64,000 nucleotides of DNA. Source: Minutocellus sp. GHC0000111. Its lineage: Eukaryota. Below, piece by piece: positions 58,140-64,000 of the stretch. The position numbers were made by a program, and so were the translations under genes. Position 1 is the stretch's first letter. The number at the start of each line of letters is the position of its first letter. The notes beneath the pieces are model-generated. The model was not told the origin of the DNA and made no database searches. It saw nothing but the letters and a program-made list of their open reading frames with translations. The stretch is from contig OZ361257.1 of assembly GCA_977018835.1 (NCBI GenBank), positions 2,356,001 through 2,420,000 of the forward strand. Direction: 5' to 3'.

Positions 58140-58540
58140 GGCTTCGTTCAAACGGTCATGGTGTGTGGAAGTCAAATGGCTGAGCCACGAGATCACTCCG
58201 GGTTCTACTTCAGGGGCTCCCCCCGCCCCCGTCATGATATTACATATGCCCCCAGCCCCTCTCGAAACCGCGCAGACATCTCACATCTCACACGGATCGA
58301 TGACAGCATTTTCGCTAACCAAGTACCGATACCACGATATCGCTGCACCTCCTCTGACTCCAAATTCCTTCTTCGTAGCCCCAGCTGAGGGTTTGTTTCC
58401 CGCTCTGCTTGCTGCTGCTGCCATCTCTCGCTCCTACAGCATCTTCCGAATCTTCAAGTCAGTGTCTTCTCATCTTCGACATCGACTAAAACCACGAATA
58501 CATTTCAATTCACCGCCGCAAATACACGTGATAAATAAAT

Positions 58541-59962
58541 ATGCCACCCCCGTGGGCACCACCGACGAATCTCCGGGGAGAGAATGGCAGTTCCGATTTC
58601 CTCCCGCCCAACCTGAGTCACTTTGCAGATCCAGTCAACAATTTCTCCTCCTCTCCCTTGTCCGCCGCCGCAAACGACCTGTCGCTCTCCCCACACGATC
58701 CCGAACTCTCTGATCACTTCTCCGGAGGCTCGTGGGATGCCACCCAAAATCCCGACCTGGCACCCAACGACCCCCGCCGTGCTCGGATTGACAGTCTGCA
58801 GAGCCTGGCGGAAGAGGATTTTTACAAGGAAGTGCAGGCAGCCTACGGCCGAGGCAATTCGTGCTGCAATCGACGGCGCATGGTCCTCGTGGGAATGTCG
58901 CTCATGTTTGTTGGTGCCGCCATTTTGGCCGTGGTGGCAACGGCCGGCCGAGGTTGGCACTGGATCAACCCCTTTGCCGTATCGCCGCTTCCCGGTGCTG
59001 TTGGCAGTGGTAGCAACAAAAACAACACTTCTGCTACCGGCAGCGACGCTGCGTCGTCGTCACCCGAAATGTCCAATCCCACCCTAGACCATCCACTGTC
59101 GCAAGCTTGCCGTCCAACGAGGGAACATGCGGAACGGCGGCAGTCCTGCACGGACGAGTGCGCCAAGTACGAATGCTGCTCGGCCCCCGCCGACAGCTGC
59201 GTGGCGACGCAGAAGGAGGACTGCGTCATCTACCGGGACATGTGCGATTCGGAACTTATGAAGCAGCAACAGCCCAATAATAATGACAATGCTGGCGATG
59301 CAAGTAGTATCGAAAACGATGAGGAAGATCCAAAGGACGCAGATACCACTGACGATAATGTTGCACCCGCCGTGGCCATCCGACCAGCCGATCTCGATGC
59401 CCTCTGTACCAAAACATCGCTGGAAACGTCCGAGGGTCGAACGCTCTGTGAAACCGCCTGCCGTGATCACCTGTGCTGTTTTTCTTTATCAGCCTTGGAG
59501 GGAGATGGCAGCACTTGCTCGGATGATCCCGATCAGCAATGCGATGCGTACCAGCCCTGTGCCAACTTAATTGTTGAGGAGGCGGAGGACATACTAGAGA
59601 GTGTTGAGGAGCAAGAGGCAGACGAGACTGGTGGAGATGCTGACACACCACCAAAGGAAGATAATGGTGGCATTATTTTGGAGGCGCAAGTGGAAGAAGA
59701 AGACGAAGTTGAAGAAGCACCAATCGATGACATTGAAATGGAGGAAATCGAGAACGAAATGGAAGAGGCGGAATTGGACATTCAGGAAGCTGAGAAAGTA
59801 ATGGAGGAGGTGGAGGAAGAAGAACAGAATGAGGGCTTAGATGAGGGATATCAAGAGATTGGACGAAATGAGGATTTGCCATCCCACGAGAAGGGTGGGA
59901 GGGATGAGGGTCGACTGAGGAGTTTGCGGGTGAGGAACTTGCGAGCGAGTGCATATATGTAA
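58541..59962 (+). CDS. Single-pass membrane protein with two Cys-rich repeats and an acidic tail
   Basis: TM MVLVGMSLMFVGAAILAVVA; two C..C...C....CC...C...C..Y..C units. Confidence 0.7.
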   Translation: MPPPWAPPTNLRGENGSSDFLPPNLSHFADPVNNFSSSPLSAAANDLSLSPHDPELSDHFSGGSWDATQNPDLAPNDPRRARIDSLQSLAEEDFYKEVQAAYGRGNSCCNRRRMVLVGMSLMFVGAAILAVVATAGRGWHWINPFAVSPLPGAVGSGSNKNNTSATGSDAASSSPEMSNPTLDHPLSQACRPTREHAERRQSCTDECAKYECCSAPADSCVATQKEDCVIYRDMCDSELMKQQQPNNNDNAGDASSIENDEEDPKDADTTDDNVAPAVAIRPADLDALCTKTSLETSEGRTLCETACRDHLCCFSLSALEGDGSTCSDDPDQQCDAYQPCANLIVEEAEDILESVEEQEADETGGDADTPPKEDNGGIILEAQVEEEDEVEEAPIDDIEMEEIENEMEEAELDIQEAEKVMEEVEEEEQNEGLDEGYQEIGRNEDLPSHEKGGRDEGRLRSLRVRNLRASAYM

Positions 59963-60308
59963 AATCTGCTAACGAAATAACATCCAACTAGAGTAGTTAC
60001 TCTAGATCTATTACCGGTACCGGTATTTGCGTTGGCGGATGGACAGCTGTTGTTGATGGTTGATCTGCGGACAGGGTGCGAAGCTACCGGCGCAGCCATG
60101 TCATGTGCTTCCGAGTAGGGGCATAAATGATTTGACTTGGCAGGTTGATTCACCGCGCACCACCGCGCGCCCCAGAGCCAGGCAGCAACTTCAGTTCGCC
60201 CAAGCATAAACCTTGTCAATTGCTAATTCCATCTATTCTGGAATTTTGGAGTTCAATCCAGTGCGGCAAGAATTGAGCTCCGTCAACGCATCTAACCGGT
60301 ACGATGCG

Positions 60309-62906
60309 ATGACCTCCGCCGCTACAATGAGGTACCTCGAGGATTGCAGTGGACTTGGGTGCGAGGATCTATCTGGGCTGTCTATGCTGGAGATCCTTCG
60401 ATCTACTTTGCGCTTTTATGGGGCAATTTTTGCAGTCTCGTTCATTTCATTCCTCATCGGGCGGAAAACATTGCCCAAAGTTTACTTCGTCCTGGCTGAT
60501 AGCAAAGATGAAGCCACGGGCATTAGCCGAAAAACATTTGGACCAATCGATTGGATATGGAAGATCTTCACCCGTGTTTCCAATGAAGATATTTATGAAC
60601 AATGTGGGCTTGATTCCATTTCCTTCATAAGAATGCTCGTGTTCGGAATAAAGGTGTCGCTGCTAGCGATTTTCAACGGTGTCTATTTGTTTCCCGTCTA
60701 TGCTAAATCAGGAGGTACTTTTGCTGAGCTTGAGGCTGTAACTCTTGGCAACGTACCGGAGGGAAGTCCAAAGCTAATTGCGGCAACAATTGCATGCTAT
60801 TTTGTCTACGGCCTTGCTTTGATTCTGCTTTATCGGGAACTGGCGTGGTATGCCGACATACGACACAAGTACCTTTCACAGCTCCGCGTCGAAAATTATT
60901 CTATTTATTTGAAACATATTCCAGGCGATATGAGAACCAACAAAGACTTGGAGGCATTCTTTCGTAATATAATAGGTCGAGAGGATGAGATGGTGGAGGC
61001 CAAAATAGTCCTCCGGCTCCCAACCTTGGATAAACTGAATGCTGAGCGAGAAATACTGTGCGGAACAGATGAGAAGGTTGGTTCGTTCGAGCATGCGATC
61101 AATGTATTGCACACCAATAAAAAAGGGAAACGGCCCCGCCATCGCACAGTGGGCTGCTGTGGCGTTGGCTGTGCAAAGCCGGTCGATAGTATCGAAAGAT
61201 ATTCTCGTAATCTTGATGAGCTAAATCAACAAATTGCCGAGATCCTTGACCAGATGAATTCTTCATCATCGGGTAATCCGAGGGGCGACAAAAAGGAATT
61301 ACTACGAAATGAAGATGATTTTGGTGCATCAACTCGCGAGGGAAGTGTTCCAGACAGACCAATGCAGTTGAGACGAATTTTGCTCGATCTGGAAGAAGGG
61401 GGGCAAGGGCGGGCCACTGGGGCGATCCTTGAAAGTGATAATGAGAGCTTGCACAGCGAGCTCTCGGGATCCTCAATGCGTTTTGGCGTTGAGGCGATTA
61501 GGGCAAGACAAGTGAAAGGGGGCATGCAGCAGCTGGAGCATTGCAAAGGATACGAGTCGAGGGAATTAGGCATGGGATCTTCGACTCGATTTGGCACGAC
61601 GGAGCAGGTGATCAACGAATATCGTGAGGTTGCAGTTCTAGATGAATCCATCGAATACCAAGAGGTTGGCCAAAGTTCTGCCATCCCTCGAGACGCTGCT
61701 TTTGTGATGTTCTCATCACTGGCATCGAAGCTTGCTGCCGAAAATATGGCATATCATCCTACCCCATACATATTGCAGGTAGAGAGTGCCCCTCGACCTG
61801 AACATGTGATCTGGCAAAATGTGGGAATCAGTCATGTTCGCCAACAAATAGGGGAATGGACCTCAGTGGCCCTGACCACAACCTTATGCCTTGCTTGGAC
61901 TCTGATCGTGACATTTGTAGCATCTCTCGGGGAAGTCGAGAGCCTTGTGGAAATGATCCCCTTCCTCAAGGGTGCGCTTGAGGCTGCGCCTTGGCTCAGC
62001 ATGCTATTGAGTCAGATCAAGCCCCTATTGTTGGCTATTCTTGTGAGCTTCCTTGTTCCAATATTGACCTCGTTCTCCAGGAAAGAAGGCCATATTGGTA
62101 CAACAACCCTCGCTGCGTCTGTCTACAAGAAATTGGCGGTCATCCAAATGTTCTTCGTCAACATGCTCGCTGGTACTGTGCTGTCTTCTCTGCAAGAAAT
62201 TGCGGAAGATCCCGCAAGCATCATCACACTTTTGGCAGAGGCAATACCGGAACAGGCTGTGAGCTTTGCTCAATATCTCATAGTCCAGACAGCGCTTGAC
62301 GTCGGTGGTGAGCTCATGCGGGCTGGAGACATAGCCAAGAGCCTCACACATGGTATTCTGATTCGCGTGAGGCCGTGGATTGATCTTGAAAGGAGATCAT
62401 TGCCTCCCGAAATGAATTTTCCCGAAGTGGAAGGCAAACTCATGCTCTACTTTATGATCCTGTTCGCTTATAGCGTCATGGCGCCGGTAGTCAGTGTGAT
62501 CGCTGGAATATGTTTGTTTCTCGTCTTGCTGTGCTACCGCCACCAATTCATCTACGTCTACAGCAAAAGAAATGACACGGGTGGCCTGCTATTTGCCAAG
62601 TTTGTCCCCTTGGCCATTGGATGCATTCTGGTCTCTGAAATTACACTTCTTGGGGTTCTCATGTTGAAGCAGAGCATAGCTGCCGTGGTTTTATTGATTC
62701 CTCTAATTGTGGGAACAGTTATGTTTCAGGCGTACGTTGGGCAGCAGCACTACCGCGTAGCCATGCAGTTGCCAATGGTGGCTGCAATCGAGAAAGATGA
62801 AATGATCAAGGAAGAGATGGAAGCGGTTTTGTTTTCAAGGGATGAATACATGCAACCATCAAGGAGGGAGCGCAATAAGGAACCAAGGAATATGAATCTA
62901 TTCTAA
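60309..62906 (+). CDS. OSCA/TMEM63 (CSC1/RSN1-like) mechanosensitive cation channel
   Basis: CGLDSISFIR, TLGNV, AAFVMF, APRPEHVIWQN, IPEQAVSFAQY, YRHQFIYVY...DTGG; about 10-11 TM helices. Confidence 0.9.
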   Translation: MTSAATMRYLEDCSGLGCEDLSGLSMLEILRSTLRFYGAIFAVSFISFLIGRKTLPKVYFVLADSKDEATGISRKTFGPIDWIWKIFTRVSNEDIYEQCGLDSISFIRMLVFGIKVSLLAIFNGVYLFPVYAKSGGTFAELEAVTLGNVPEGSPKLIAATIACYFVYGLALILLYRELAWYADIRHKYLSQLRVENYSIYLKHIPGDMRTNKDLEAFFRNIIGREDEMVEAKIVLRLPTLDKLNAEREILCGTDEKVGSFEHAINVLHTNKKGKRPRHRTVGCCGVGCAKPVDSIERYSRNLDELNQQIAEILDQMNSSSSGNPRGDKKELLRNEDDFGASTREGSVPDRPMQLRRILLDLEEGGQGRATGAILESDNESLHSELSGSSMRFGVEAIRARQVKGGMQQLEHCKGYESRELGMGSSTRFGTTEQVINEYREVAVLDESIEYQEVGQSSAIPRDAAFVMFSSLASKLAAENMAYHPTPYILQVESAPRPEHVIWQNVGISHVRQQIGEWTSVALTTTLCLAWTLIVTFVASLGEVESLVEMIPFLKGALEAAPWLSMLLSQIKPLLLAILVSFLVPILTSFSRKEGHIGTTTLAASVYKKLAVIQMFFVNMLAGTVLSSLQEIAEDPASIITLLAEAIPEQAVSFAQYLIVQTALDVGGELMRAGDIAKSLTHGILIRVRPWIDLERRSLPPEMNFPEVEGKLMLYFMILFAYSVMAPVVSVIAGICLFLVLLCYRHQFIYVYSKRNDTGGLLFAKFVPLAIGCILVSEITLLGVLMLKQSIAAVVLLIPLIVGTVMFQAYVGQQHYRVAMQLPMVAAIEKDEMIKEEMEAVLFSRDEYMQPSRRERNKEPRNMNLF

Positions 62907-64000
62907 TGGAATTTGTTGAAGATAGCGAGAGAATAAATGCCCTAATATATGGATGTACAATACAAAATTTTCTTCTCCGCCTACGCCGCGCCTCGTCGCA
63001 TCTTCAATAGTTAGGTAGATTTAGCGTCACATAAAGGTGCAGCAGTAGCAGTCGATATCTCGGTCTTCGTCAACAGATATGTAAATGGTAGGATTGGCGG
63101 GACTGTGAAGATGTCGGCTGCACCTGCTGCACGGCTTGCGGCGCGCAGACCCATGACGAGTAACGATTTTGACGATGACGTGTATTTGTATATCTGAAAA
63201 AGCAAACGAAAGACGATTACGATGAAATAATTTCTGCAAACAAAAGACAAGGGAAGAGCGCTGGATCGGATATGCGTTGCTACAGATCATGATATACTGG
63301 CCTTTTCTCTGGTGGTGGTGGTGGTGGTGTCGTCCCGCTAAGTATAGCTTAAATCTATCTATCATAATGAAAAGTTAGAACCAAATCCAATTGGATAGGT
63401 AGCTGCCTTTTCTCGGTTTTGGTCTTTCTCGTCAGTATTTCATGTTGCTGTAGCATGAGCATATTTGCCTAGTCCTCACACACCACAAAACGAAAGGCTA
63501 CCAAAAATTTCTGATTGAATTGAAGGCGCATCTTTGCCACAAAGGGAGGGAGAAAGAATTTATGCAATAGGCTACGGTGCATAATGATTCATCAATGGTT
63601 GTATGCGAGGCATAGATTTTGGAAGATAGGCATACATGTAGTATCAGCCGCCGGTGTTCATAGGGCGGTGGGGTACTATTTCCATTTTCTATCGCTGGCT
63701 TTTATTCATTGCATACCCCACGGGAACTAACTAACTAACTTCAAGGCAAGATGTGGAGGCAATTTGTTGGTAACATGGTAGTTTGGTTATAAAATTATAA
63801 TTATTGACACTACGACGTAGTACTAGTACTACCATGAGGCCGGGCTGCGCGCTTGTTCGGGCATACATGGATGGTCAAACGAACGATCTCTTGAAATAAA
63901 TAGTGTGAAGATGGATGATTAGAGAGAAAGCTAGGTGAAGATAGGAGGGACAGTGCGTCAGCGCTCTTCACAGTGTCTCACAATACTCACTTCCTTCTCG

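Noticed and set aside
63000..64000. Short minus-strand ORFs at the window end
   Set aside because: No domain signal; intergenic-like composition

Overview
Eukaryotic nuclear DNA, most likely from a diatom (bipartite ASAF-type plastid presequences, diatom-type hypothetical families, short GT-AG introns). The left half (5.3-28.8 kb) is a complex rearrangement built on a two-gene TTAA-targeting Kolobok-type DNA transposon. That element carries a DDE transposase and a convergent KolX-like gene, which appears to fuse an RPA70N-like OB fold to a P2X7-ballast-like domain. The region holds one complete element, a fold-back derivative with two right ends, a ~6.85-kb inverted duplication, two copies of a MITE, and a host segment with frameshifted RPL5, an ABC-TM-only protein, plastid-targeted RtcB with a ValRS-like tRNA-binding arm, and a degenerate PTOX/AOX-like gene. 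The outermost left and right termini with TTAA enclose 23.5 kb. The right half has ordinary host genes plus an Ngaro-like tyrosine-recombinase retrotransposon with split direct repeats (42.9-51.4 kb). The most striking signal is a repeat-associated TpA->CpA/TpG hypermutation: catalytic Tyr codons have become His/Cys, TA is almost absent from the retrotransposon, and repeat copies show reciprocal changes. This suggests a RIP-like A:T->G:C genome-defence process. All calls are by eye, with no database searches. Several host-gene frameshifts may be assembly errors.
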